DNA of 64,000 nt. It comes from Raja brachyura. Lineage: Eukaryota. The DNA is taken from the NCBI GenBank assembly GCA_963514005.1, contig OY740786.1:68262001-68326000 (forward strand). Direction: 5' to 3'. Shown in pieces: positions 25,024 through 36,900 of this stretch. A program made the translations under genes and the position numbers. The notes below the pieces were generated by a model. It saw only the letters and a list, made by a program, of their open reading frames with translations. It had not been told where the DNA came from and made no database searches. The first letter of the stretch is position 1, and each line of letters starts with the position of its first letter.

Positions 25024-25250
25024 TGAAGCGGCACCCGCTGGCGCATGCAGGTGTCGAACCTGCCATTCAGAACCCGCGGTCACGTGACTCGGGAGGAGCT
25101 GCTGTTTTGATGCGGTTTCGTTTTCGCACGGCAGTTGTTTTGCTGACCACCGTTGTGATCAGACGTGTATGCATAGACCTGTTGACTAAGGAGCGAGTGG
25201 TTAATAAAGATCGTTCAGAAAACTTAGTCGTCGTCTCTGCTTACGCTAAA
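25024..25250 (+). repeat. 3' LTR preceded by a polypurine tract (25013-25020)
   Basis: GGGGGGGG-CCA then TG; matches the 5' LTR. Confidence 0.9.
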
Positions 25251-27879
25251 GGGGAGCCATTTAGAACGGGGACAAGGAAACACTTTTTCTCACAGAGAGT
25301 TGTGGCTGCGGAATTCTCTGCCTCAGAAGGCGGTGGAGGCCAGTTCTCTGGATACTTTCAAGATAGTGCTAGATCGGGCTCTTAAAGATAGCGGAGCCAG
25401 GGGATATGGGGAGAAGGCAGGAAAGGGGTACTGATTGGGGATGATCAGCCATGATCACATTGAATGACGGTGCCGGCTTGAAGGGACGAATGGCCTACTC
25501 CTGCATCTCTTGTCTATTGTCTATTGTCTATCTCGTTCTGCTGGGAGATCAACAAGTTTCGGGCAGACTAAGCTGATTAATAAATTGATAATTTGTAAAA
25601 GATTATCTTCCAATAGGACTTGATGTCCGCCTCCAAATTTATCCCTGGGAACTGTTCGTAAATCAGTGAGTCCTCTGTTACGGAGTTGTTCACGATAAAC
25701 TGGGACAAGGACCCTTATATCATTCACCGGACTCTCTTCGCAAATCCACATTATGTGAAGAAGTGGGCAACCGTCTCATCTCCAGAGTAGCTGTTTGAGG
25801 GCACGTGCACTGGTAGTAAGATTCTGACGGTACAGGAAGGTTCTGACTGGGAGGGTCCCACTCACCGCCAGCTAAGCCAGGTCTTGTGCTTGTTGGTGAG
25901 TTCTGGCGATGAGGCATTTTGCCAGACAAGCAAGGCATGCATAGTGTATTATGCCATGTAATTCAATGTTTTATTCTGCTTTGGGTTGCTGTGGTGTTGG
26001 CAGCCAGCAGTTAATCTGCAGTTGAGAGATATGCTCCACTTTCATCATCACAGAGTTATCTGCAAATCAACTGTTCCACGTTTGATAAACATAGTCCATA
26101 GAATTAAAATTAGTTACAGCAAATTATTTGTTTTATTGCAGAATGGCAATTCATGGTTGAGATACAGAAGAGAATATTCAAATAAAGTTTGTGATATAGA
26201 GTGCTGCATAATCTGCTTCCTGTGTTACCACCCACCTAAAACTACATGGCCCATTTTGAAGAGGTCCTGTCATGTTTAGCTAGATTACTAGATAATGTGT
26301 TTAGTTTCTGTAAAAAGCAAAACCTATTTCCCCCGAACAGTCACTTTTGATACTCTAACATAGACTCAGATTAGCAACACCTTCCCAGATGTCTGACTTC
26401 AAACTGTATTGTCTTCCGATTTTCAATGGGTTGTATTGGCAGAAAGAGAAATAAGGCAAAATCTCAATAAAAATTGAATATTTCAGGATTCATTTTTAAA
26501 CATTTTGTTAATGTGATGTGTGTGTCGAGCATTAAAGCTTGTGCTAGGAAGTAATCATCCTTTTAAGTTGATATTGATTTCCAAATGTTGATTACCATAA
26601 GGATAAAATATTAAAAATATGGACGATTCTTCAAAAATAACTGATAAAGTGAATTGTTAAGCATCTGAATAAATAACCTGTCATGACAATAAGGCAGTGT
26701 TTTGCTGAATAATTTAAACTACATTGGTTATAATTTTGCACAGTATTTGAATCACATTGAAGAATTACTGTATCATGCATCTCATCCAGAAAGATGGAGT
26801 AGAATTGTTATTTTCCTTCTCTATCAATTCCTGTCCAGTTATTTCTTCAGATGTCAAACTGTTGATATCTTCTTCAATCAAGGTTGCTACAAATAATTAA
26901 GAGCATATTTCAGAAGGTGGACATTTTCAAGACCTGCAAGATTCTAATTATAATAAGCATATGTATTATTTTTTTATTATTTTACCATTTTATGGTTATG
27001 CAAACGAATTAGTTGAATTTTGAAACTGTTAATCACATGAATTCATGCTTGTTCAAAGATGCAAGAAGCTGGCTGAACAAAACACTGATGGAAATGTTCT
27101 TCAGACAGTCAATAAGGAAATAAGTACAACACAAATTGCTGGAGTAACAGCGGGTCAGACAACATCTCGGGATGACGTGGTTAGATGACATTTTGTGTTG
27201 GAACCCTTCTTCAGACTGATTATAGTAGGTGGAGGAAGCTGCAAAAGGGTGGGGTGGCTTTGTCCCGCCCCTGGTTTTCTTCCCTCTACGTCGCCTACCC
27301 ATGCCCATGCATGTCCTCCAGAGATGCTGCCTGACCTGCTGAGTTACTCTGGTACTTAGTGTCAAGATTCCAGTTCCTTGTGTCTCCAAGGAAAGGAGGT
27401 GAAACGGAACGTCTTTAGTCAGAGGGTAGCTCTTCTGTGGAAATCATTGCCACAGAGGACTGTGGAAGCAAAGTCAGTGGATATTTTTAAGGCAGAGAGA
27501 GACACATTTTTGATTAGAACAGGTGTCGAGGGTTATGGGGAGAAGGCAGGAAAATGGGATTAGGAGGTAGAGATTAGCCATGATTGAATGGCGGAGTAGA
27601 CTCTTTGGGCCAAATTGCCTAATTCTACTCCCATAATTTGTGAACGTGAACTTGTGAAATAGGTTGGGCAGAGCAGGGTTTGAATCCTGAGAATAAGATG
27701 GTCTGAATATCTAAGATGAATCAGGTCTCCAACTTATACCTACAGAATAAATATAGAACATAGAAAAGTACAGTATTGGAACAGACCCTTCGGCCCACAA
27801 TGTCTGTGCCGAACATGATGCCAAGAGAAACTAATCTCATCTGCTTTCTTCTTCCCGCTCCTCCCACCTACACATCAGT

Positions 27880-29226
27880 CTCCCTCCAGACTTCGACCAC
27901 CACCAGTTCGCCTATCGCCCAAACAGGTCCACAGAAGACGCCATCACCGTAGCTCTCCACTCTGTGCTGAGCCACCTGGAGCAGGGGCAGAGCTACGTTC
28001 GGATGCTCTTTGTGGATTACAGCTCAGCTTTCAATACTATCATTCCGGACATTCTCATCGACAAACTGGTCACTCTCGGCCTCCCCACTCTCACATGTGC
28101 CTGGATAAAGGACTTCCTCACCAACCGGCCCCAGACTGTGAGACTCGGCCCCCACCTCTCCTCCACTCGCATGTTGAGTACCGGCTCCCCGCAGGGCTGT
28201 GTGCTAAGCCCCCTCCTATACTGTCTCTACACCCACGACTGTAGTCCGGCCCACAACAACAACCGAATCGTCAAGTTTGCTGACGACACTACAGTAGTCG
28301 GACTCATCTCAAGGGGAGATGAGGCAGCCTACAGAGAGGAAGTCCTGACGTTGACAGCCTGGTGCTCAGAAAACAACCCGGCTCTGAACACCAAGAAAAC
28401 CAAAGAGCTCATTGTCGACTTCAGGAAGCACAGCACCGACTTAGCCCCCTTATACATCAACGGCGAGTGTGTGGAGAGGGTCCACACCTTCCGGTTTCTC
28501 GGCGTCCTCATCTCCGCTGACATCTCCTGGGCAGACAACATCACAGCGGTCATCAAGAAGGCTCAGCAGCGGCTGCACTTCCTGAGGGTCCTCAGGAAGC
28601 ACAACCTGGACTCCAACCTGCTGCTGACCTTCTACCGCTCGTCCATTGAGAGCCTGTTGACATACTGCATTACAGCATGGTACGGCAGCTGCACCATGGC
28701 AGACAGGGAGAGGCTTCACAGGGTAGTCAGGGCAGCACAGAAGATCATCGGCTGCCCTCTCCCCTCTCTGATGGACATTTACACCTCCTGCTGCCTTAGC
28801 AGGGCGAAGAACATTATCAAGGACAGCTCCCATCCTGCATTTGGCCTGTTCAACCTGCTACCCTCAGGGAGGCGCTATAGGTGCATCAGCACAAGGACAA
28901 ATAGACTCAAGAACAGTTTCTTTCCAAAATCCATCATCTCCCTGAACTCACACACGCACTGACTTCACAGCCTAACCCCCGGACTTTCATCTATCCACCT
29001 ACTGTAATTTGTACTGTAACTGTAACCCATACTGGATATAGGAATCCTATTATCCATTCTATTTATCCATTGTCTTTTTGTAGATATGTATATAGCGCTG
29101 CAGAAACTGTGCACCTTATCCCCCCCCCCCCCTTTTTTGTCTTGTTTTTGCACTGAGTAGGAGCAGTTTTTAATCTCACTGTACATGTGTATAGTGACAA
29201 TAAAAGGCATTCTGATTCTGATTCTG
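27880..29226 (+). mobile_element. Rex1/Babar-type LINE, 5'-truncated, with open RT ORF 27964-28962
   Basis: [26 protein letters not shown], intact KFADD, NSFFP; AATAAA plus (ATTCTG)n tail. Confidence 0.92.
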
Positions 29227-30669
29227 TCTGAAGAAGGGTCTCAACCCGAAACGTCACCTATTCCTTTGCTCCATAGATGCTGCCTCACCCGCTGAGTTTC
29301 TCCAGAATTCCGTCTACCCAAGAGAAACTAATCTCATCTGCCTGCACATGATCCATATCCTTCTATTTCCTGAATATCAATTTGTCTATCTAAAATGCTC
29401 TTGTATTTGCCTCCACCACCACCCCTGGCAGCACATCCCAGGCACCCAACATCCTCTGTGTAAAAAAAAAACATGCCCTGCGCATCTCCTTTAACAATGC
29501 TACGATTTAAATGGAAAGATGATTCAAAGAGATCCCATTCGGATTACCCCATTTCATAGCATAATGATTAGTTAAACCACTGAGAAATTATTGTAGATAC
29601 AGATTGGTAACAAGAAATTTAAGGATGACAAGTAACAAATTAGAGAAGTTTATATTAATAGAAAACTGTGGAGATATTAACCTTGAAAAATTATTGAAAA
29701 TGGAAAACAGACAAAGACCCATGTTACAAAAGGAAACAAAAAAAACAAAAAAATGCCAAACATTGCAAATTTAGTATACCTTTACAGATAACAAAATATT
29801 TATTTAATAGAATGTATTCAAGGAAAAAGTGCATGGTTCTGTAAATGATGCACCATGCAATAGGTTGTCACAGCCCTCGTATTTTACACTGAATCCATTT
29901 CTTGTATCCATCATTTGATCCTTAAACACATTGGAACATTTGTTATTGTCATCAGTAATTAAATCAAATAAATCTGAAGTAGAATTCCTATTAGGTAAAT
30001 TTTTCATTCAGCATTCTTTTTTGTAATTACCCGTGAAGCGCGTTGAAACATTTTTAAACACTAAAGCCAAAGTATATATGCACTCTTAGCATCTTGCAAA
30101 GAGATAAGTGATGGTATATAGCATATTATCCACAAGTGTTTTGAGTTTGTAGGTTCCAGGAGAGTGATTTAATGTTCGATCCACACAATCAATCTTGCTT
30201 TGTTGCAACATAGAGTCATACAGCTTGGAAACAGGCCCTTTGGCACAACTTGCCCATGCTGAACAACAAGGCCTATCTCCACTGGGGGTTACACAAAAAG
30301 CTGGAGAAACTGAGCGGGTGCAGCAGCATCTAAGGAGTGAAGGAAATAGGCGACGTTTCGGTTCGAGACCCTTCTTCAGACTGATCCCACCTACCTGTGT
30401 TTGGCCCATATCCCTCTAAACTTATCTTATCCATGTAGCTGTCTAAATGTTTCTTAAATGTTGTGATAGCCACTGTCTCAACTACCTCCTCCGGCAACTC
30501 GTTCCATACACCAACCACCTTTTGTGTAAAAAAAAGCTGCCCCTCGTGTTCCTATTAAATCTCAACCCCCCCCCCCCCCCCTCACCTTAAACATATGTCG
30601 TCAGAGCTATGATAATGGTTTCTTCCTTTTCTGTTGCTGTGGAAATGCTGCTGATATTTGGTTACCTAA

Positions 30670-30707
30670 TTATCTTGATTTTGCCTGGGCAAGGTTTTCT
30701 TGCCCAA
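30670..30707 (-). CDS. Candidate terminal coding exon of the coiled-coil gene (LGQENLAQAKSR*)
   Basis: CATCTTTAG acceptor; phase 1 matches the preceding exon. Alternative acceptors exist, e.g. at 30060. Confidence 0.35.
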
Positions 30708-30862
30708 CTAAAGATGGTCACTAAGCAGACATTTTCTTTGAGGGAAAAAAAACCCTTGATATATGATGCTACATTCAAAAACAATTTAATAAATATCTTC
30801 CAGAACAATGCAGAATCTTTGCTATTGACAAACACAGATCCAAACATTACATGCTTACTTAC

Positions 30863-30896
30863 GTTTTATCTTGACCACAAGATCAGTAATTGATGC
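30863..30896 (-). CDS. Small exon of the coiled-coil gene (ASITDLVVKIK)
   Basis: TTCCCTATCAG acceptor, GTAAGT donor, phase 0 in and phase 1 out. Confidence 0.6.
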
Positions 30897-31127
30897 CTGA
30901 TAGGGAATTTTGCAAAGAAAGGTGAATCAGAAGAGGAAATAATAGATTTTTTCACATATTTCTCATTTGCACTCATAATTTTACACACATGCCACATTAT
31001 GTTCATCTGATTCAGGCTATTAGTAACTTAATGAACTGTTGGTCATTTTTAATACTTGAAACAATACATCTCAACTTATGAATTTGGGGCAATAATTATG
31101 ATTGTAAATAACCATTAGTTCCTTCCA

Positions 31128-31432
31128 TTTAGTTTAGTTTAGATTTCCAGCATGTGAAACGGTCCTTTGGCCCACACTGACCATCAATCACCCTTTCACA
31201 CTAGTTCTATGTTATCCCACTTTCCCATCCACTCCCCACACACTGGGGCAATTTACAGGGGGCAATTAACCTACAAACTCGCACATCTTTGGGATGTGGG
31301 AGGAAACCAGAGCAGCAGGAGGAAGCCCATGTCGTCACAGGGAGATTGTGCAAACAGCAGAATATGATGTCAGTATTAACCTGGGTCTCTGGTGCTCTGA
31401 GGCAGCAGCTCTATCAGTTGTGCCACTGTGCC
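31128..31432 (-). mobile_element. V-SINE (HE1-like); further copies at about 17350-17485(-), 43805-44170(-), 44590-44770(-), 50005-50275(-), 53872-54176(+) and 60168-60400(+)
   Basis: Shared V-domain core (GATGTGGGAGGAAACC..AGCA on the minus strand) and (TTTAG)n tail. Confidence 0.75.
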
Positions 31433-31645
31433 ACTTCATGCATGAAAACCACATGAACTGTTTCTCTTTGCATAACTCACCTGTATATTAAAAAAACCTA
31501 ATGAGCTACATTCATTAAGGATGCTGGAATTGATTCCTGATTAATAAAGCTAATAGAATTGATCTGTACTGATTCTGCTGTAATGTCACAATATTTCAAA
31601 TAGTTGAAGATAATGGATTCCCAAAAGGATAGATTCTACTTTTAC

Positions 31646-31757
31646 CTTTACATTTTTGTTGTATTTTTGCGCTTCAGAATTTTCAGTAATCTGTTCAGTG
31701 CCAGAGGATGTAGGTTCCACAAGCTCAGTGGAGACAGCCATAGGTTTAATGGATAAA
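31646..31757 (-). CDS. Exon of the coiled-coil gene (SLSIKPMAVSTELVEPTSSGTEQITENSEAQKYNKNVK)
   Basis: TTATTTGTGCAG acceptor, AAG|GTAAAA donor; phase 2 start matches the giant-exon donor; open frame. Confidence 0.75.
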
Positions 31758-33902
31758 CTGCACAAATAATATTAACAAATCAACATGTTAATTTATGTAC
31801 ACACAACGCACAGTAAAGTTTACAGTGCTAATAAGTCTTCTAATGCTGTGCAATCAACCACAGAATAAAAAATAGATAGTAATTTTACACCAGTATTGCA
31901 TTGTTACATTGTTGTGATTTAGTATATTGTAAACTGAGGCACTGCAAATTGTTTTTTGCAATTAATGATCTAAGTGATGATTTTTCAATTGTTTAGATTT
32001 AAACTTACATCTAATTGGAGGACCAATCTATATTACAATTCATATTTCTCAAATGATCAACATGTAAGAACATTTTTCATAGTTGCAATAATTATTGTGG
32101 GGGAAACATAATGTAGCATCTGGAGAGAATATTGAAGTTTATAATCAAAGGGAAAGATATATTTTAATGTGGACAGCTTTATATTATTTGTAGAATAGAG
32201 ATAAAAGAGCTGTAAAATTCTCAGTATGATTTTTGAAAAATAACACCATTCAAATATGTCTCCATGTTTGCAACGCATATATTATAGTGGAGATATTTTA
32301 ATTTATATATTCAAAACAATAAACTATTTAATTTAAAGTTGGCGCCACCTTCTCCTCACTTGGCAGTATTTATTACAGATTCCTCATTAATGGATAAAAA
32401 TTTATTTAACTTTCATATTAGTAACATTTTCACAAAAGATCTGCTGTATTCGAACTTGTCAGTTCCCTAGTGCAGGTCTGCTATGTGAATTATTTTGTAG
32501 TTAAAAAAGTACTAAAAATAGACATAATTTGCTGTTTTCCATAGTTTTGTCTTTCCAAGCAAGTATCCATCAAACAGAGGAATAAGAAGGAAGACCACCA
32601 ATCTTGGTGGAGGAGAAGAAGGATAATAAGGAAAAATGGGAAGGAAATATTGATTAGAATAAGACAGCAGCAAGAATGACTAGTGCACTGAACATTTACT
32701 GATTGTACTTTCACTTTCACCCTAAATTAGTTCACTGTCCCTACATTTTTTCTGAACATGTACTTGGTCACCCTGATTGGGAATCCAGGCTCTTTATTAT
32801 CTAGATGGAGGTAGATGATGATGCTAACCAACTAGCATTTGAAGACTTGCTGTGACTAAAGTCTTGTTCTGTTTTTCATGGATTGGCCCTACAGATTTTC
32901 AAAACACTTTGATAACAGGCTGGCCTACTTCCACCTGGTTTCTGCTATTGCGGCAGCCTACTTGCAGGCAAGTTAGGTTGGTCAGATGTGAACACACCCT
33001 AGGTGTCTATGTGAATGTAAACTCCTCTCCACCTTCAAAAACGTAAATGTTATCAACAACTTCTCACGGCAATCATCACAACAACTCAAAATCAGAACCA
33101 ATGGCCAATTGCAAATTCAAGTCCCGGAGGCATAATTCACCTTGATAACCAACAGACTGCTTATGTGTAATTGTTCTTTGTCCCAGGAGTTCCTTCCAGT
33201 GTAAGGTGTGTTTTTATTAGCCAGAGAGTATACATGTTGGAGAATAATCTCAAGATGTGGCCAGTCATTTAGAATTGAAATGAGGAGAAATATCTTCCTG
33301 GAAATTGTTGGAATTCTCTTTCTCCAAGATCCATGGATGCCTGCTTGTTAAGTACATTCAATGTTATGGTTAATGGGGTTTTGGACATTCAGGGAAATTT
33401 TGGATAAGGGGATTGGGTACTAAACTGGACTTGAAGCACAGAATCAGCCGTGAACCATGAATGAAGGCACAAGTCGAGAGGCATACATATTTAAAATCTT
33501 ACATATTTTTCTTATTCTCTTATGTGCTTGTAGTTTAATTAAATTATAGAGGATGCAATCTCAATTAGGGCTGAACCATGAATCATGCTGATGGTGTGTC
33601 CCTATCTCACTCTTCCTCATGTTCAAAGGTCTTAGGTGTCACCTCCATTTAATTTTATTAATTAGGTGCCATGCTTCACCTGTCCTTGGTTTTTGACTGT
33701 TTTAACCTTACTCTTTAAAAAATAGATGTAGGAAGTAACTGCAGATGCTGGTTTATACCCAAGATAGACACAAAATGCTAGAGTAACTCAGCGGATCAGG
33801 CTAATTCGAACCATAAATAGGAATAAACCCTGTATTCACAACCAGGTGAAATATACAGATAATCAGGCTTGACGAGAGACAAATAGCATCTTTAATTTCT
33901 AC

Positions 33903-36900
33903 CTCTGATCAATGTAATCTTTATCCGTAAGTTCATCCTCCCAAAGTTTGGTCTCTTGATGATCGAGAGTTGCTTTGACCAATTCTTTGTCTTCTTGATG
34001 ATTTAGAGTGATCCTATTTTGCTCCTGCACCCTCTTTGACAATGGTACGGATTTTGCCTGTTGACAGGTGCCCTTAATGTATATAATTGGAGACTCAATG
34101 GCACAAACTGATGTTGTTCTTTCAGTATCAGCAATTTTTTCTATTCCTGTGTATTGTTGCTTGGGATCTCCAGCTAGCAATGTGCCTTGCCCTCTCATAA
34201 TATTTCCTATTTCTGGATATCCCATACTGTTTGTTGATTCAGATGTTTCCTGCAGCCATGTATTCCTTACTTCAGATTCAGTACAATTTTGAAAGTCACA
34301 CTTACAGTTAGTTTTAAGATTGTAGTCCTCATCGGCTACATTTAAATGTGCACAAGTTGAAAAAGTGTTCTTCTCCTTGGCTTGTTGATTTCTGTCTTGG
34401 AAATTAATTATTAATTTATTTATTGTTTCACTTTCTGTATTATTTCTCTTAGTTTTATAGATACTTAGTTGGTTTTCTGAAATTGGACCTGGACAAAATG
34501 TGGACACTTCTGGAGTACTTATTTCTCCCGCTAGGTTCCCAAGAGCCATAACTACCAATTCTGTCTCTTGCATTGTCCATTTCAAGTCTTCCTCATTCTC
34601 TGGTTGAAAGTGAATTTTAGTTGAGGTCAAATGTTCTTCTGTGGGCTCACTATCTATTAATTTAGCTTTTTTATCTACTAAACTTTCATTTTGTGAATGA
34701 TGACTTTCTGGTGGGTTTTTCATAACATTTTGTTGGTAACTGTTCTCAGAGGAAGGATCCATAGTCTGCGAATGTTCCAGTAATGCAAAACTAAAATTGT
34801 GCTCTTCTAATATTTTATCATGCAAATTACCAGTGGTTTTCACAAACATTATTCTACCATTTTCAGTGTTATCAATGGTTTGGTGCGATCTCGTTTCACT
34901 GTTTTGAAGTTCATCACCTGTTTCAAGAACGTGGTTCATAACTGCAGGAAGCATTGTATCCTTGTCTACTTCAGTAAGAGCTGCAAGGAAATTCATCATA
35001 GTGTTCTCAGATCCTGTTAATTTGTTTGGTGGGTCAGCAGCTTGAGATGAACTCCCTTGCTTTACTTTGTAACTGCAGCATGCCTCATCTATTTTCATTC
35101 CATCATTTAGCTCAGTGATTTTAATCTTTAACAGTTTTTTTTCTTGCTCAAGATTATCAATTGAAACTTGAAATCTTGAGATGTCATTCAACAATTCAGC
35201 GATCATATCATGGCAATTATTATTCTGATTTCCTAATATCTTGCTTTTGTTTTTTAGATAAACTGTCAAGTTATTGCAGGCATGTTGCTCAGCATCTATC
35301 CTTCCTTTGTGGTGAGTCACATTTAATTCAAGCATTTTTTTCTCTCTGTCAGTCTTTTCCATGGCCTTTTGTATGTTTTCATTACTGTTCTGTGATTCCT
35401 TGACTGACTCTAGATGTTGAATGTTTTGTAAATTTAAGATTTTGCTTTTATTCTTTTCTTTCAACGGCTGAACATATGATTCCAAGTCTTTTCTGCTGTC
35501 TGGGTGAATTTTAGGATGTTTTCCAGAGAAATCTGGGTTTATTAAGTTACACCGAAGGTGCACAGGTTCCATTGATACTGTACTGCTCACCTGACTTTCT
35601 GAACTATAAATGTTACTGATCTGACTCCTTTCTGTGGACTGATTAAGAATCTCCAGAAATTTTGAGCTGTCACATGTCAGAGCATTCAGCTTTTCCTGAA
35701 GTCGTTCTATTTTTTCATCAACTTCCTTTAAATCATTTGTGAGATTAGCACTTGTCCTGCAGTACATTTGCTGATTTCTGAGTAGAATTTTAAACTTTAA
35801 TAGAGACTCTTTTTCTAATTTATACTTCTCGATCAATTTATGTTGTCTTCTTGTCTCTTCCAGTGTTTTCGCGTCATCTTGTACTTCAATAGTTTCACAC
35901 ACTTCTTCTGGCTCAGAAATGTTAGCTTCATGTTCATTGAAATAGTGTTGCATTTTAAGATCACAGTCCATTTCATCTTCTGTGAGCTGTAGCAACATTT
36001 TATCTACATCAACAGATAAAGTCATGTTTCCATCCAATAGATCATCGGCCATATTTTCTAACTGGCATTTTTGCTTTTCAATTATCTGGATTTCATATTT
36101 GATGAGTCTTTGCATTTCACAGGCATTTTTCTGTTCCAGAGAAAGACAATTCTCTTTCTCAATCAGACTAGTTTCTAACAATTTCTTCTCATGTTTGTGT
36201 TTTTTAATAGACATTTCTAATTCTTCATTCTTAGTCTGGAGATCTTTAACTTTGTTTTGAAGTTGATTATTTTCTGCATCAGATTTCTCCTTCTGTACCT
36301 CCATTTGAACAGCAGGTCTGCTACAATCAAAATCATCTAATGATGCATTTCCCCCCAATTCATTAACAATGTTATCCAATGCATTTTCATGATCGAAAAG
36401 TCGTGTGTTTTCATTTTCCACAGGATCAATAATTATTGGAATATCTTTGGAAAAGTTATTCATCATTTGTGACTCACTTTTATGGACCTGTTGTTGCAAT
36501 TCCGTCAGGTTTAGTTTCAGTTCACAAACTTCAACTGTCAGCCAGTATTTTTCTTCCATAAGATTCTCAATGTATGCCGTAAGTTCTTTGTTATACTCCA
36601 TCAGTTCATTGGGCATTTTCTGCATCTGAAATTTTTCAGAGACATCTAATGTTGATGGAATAGATATATCTGATCTTTCACTTCCCAAGTGATATAACAC
36701 CTTATCAGTAAGTGGTATATTTAATACAAGATCTGGTATATTTAATACAAGGTTTACAAGATCTGTCGTTGTCTCTGCATTTTCAACAGCAATATGCACC
36801 TCACAATCTTTATCGGACTTGTCCATCAGTTCCTCTAGTAAGGCCTCAGGGCAATTTTTCCCATCATTATTTATTGCCTTCTCTTCAATTTGACGGACTT

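Larger units (their letters stand above)
20790..25250 (+). mobile_element. Gypsy-type LTR retrotransposon, non-autonomous
   Basis: Two ~227-bp LTRs, PBS and PPT. gag start (KLPLFWPDQLQVWFAHVEAQF), RNase H (MDASDVAVGAVLEQ, WQPLAFF, DHKLL), integrase (HIHVDLVGPLP, ITTDRGAQF, TTAYHPEAN, YEGPYKV). Protease and RT are missing. Confidence 0.9.
19262..25533 (+). mobile_element. CR1 LINE of the same family as 4440-7848, internally deleted and split by the Gypsy element
   Basis: Collinear with about 4905-7848. The CR1 sequence AAGAATAA|GGGGAGCCATTTAGAAC is separated by 20790-25250. (CTATTGT)n tail at about 25510-25533. Confidence 0.9.

Noticed and set aside
24321-25385. 354-aa ORF with an env-like or novel tail
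   Set aside because: Integrase C-terminus reading through the 3' LTR into the flanking CR1.
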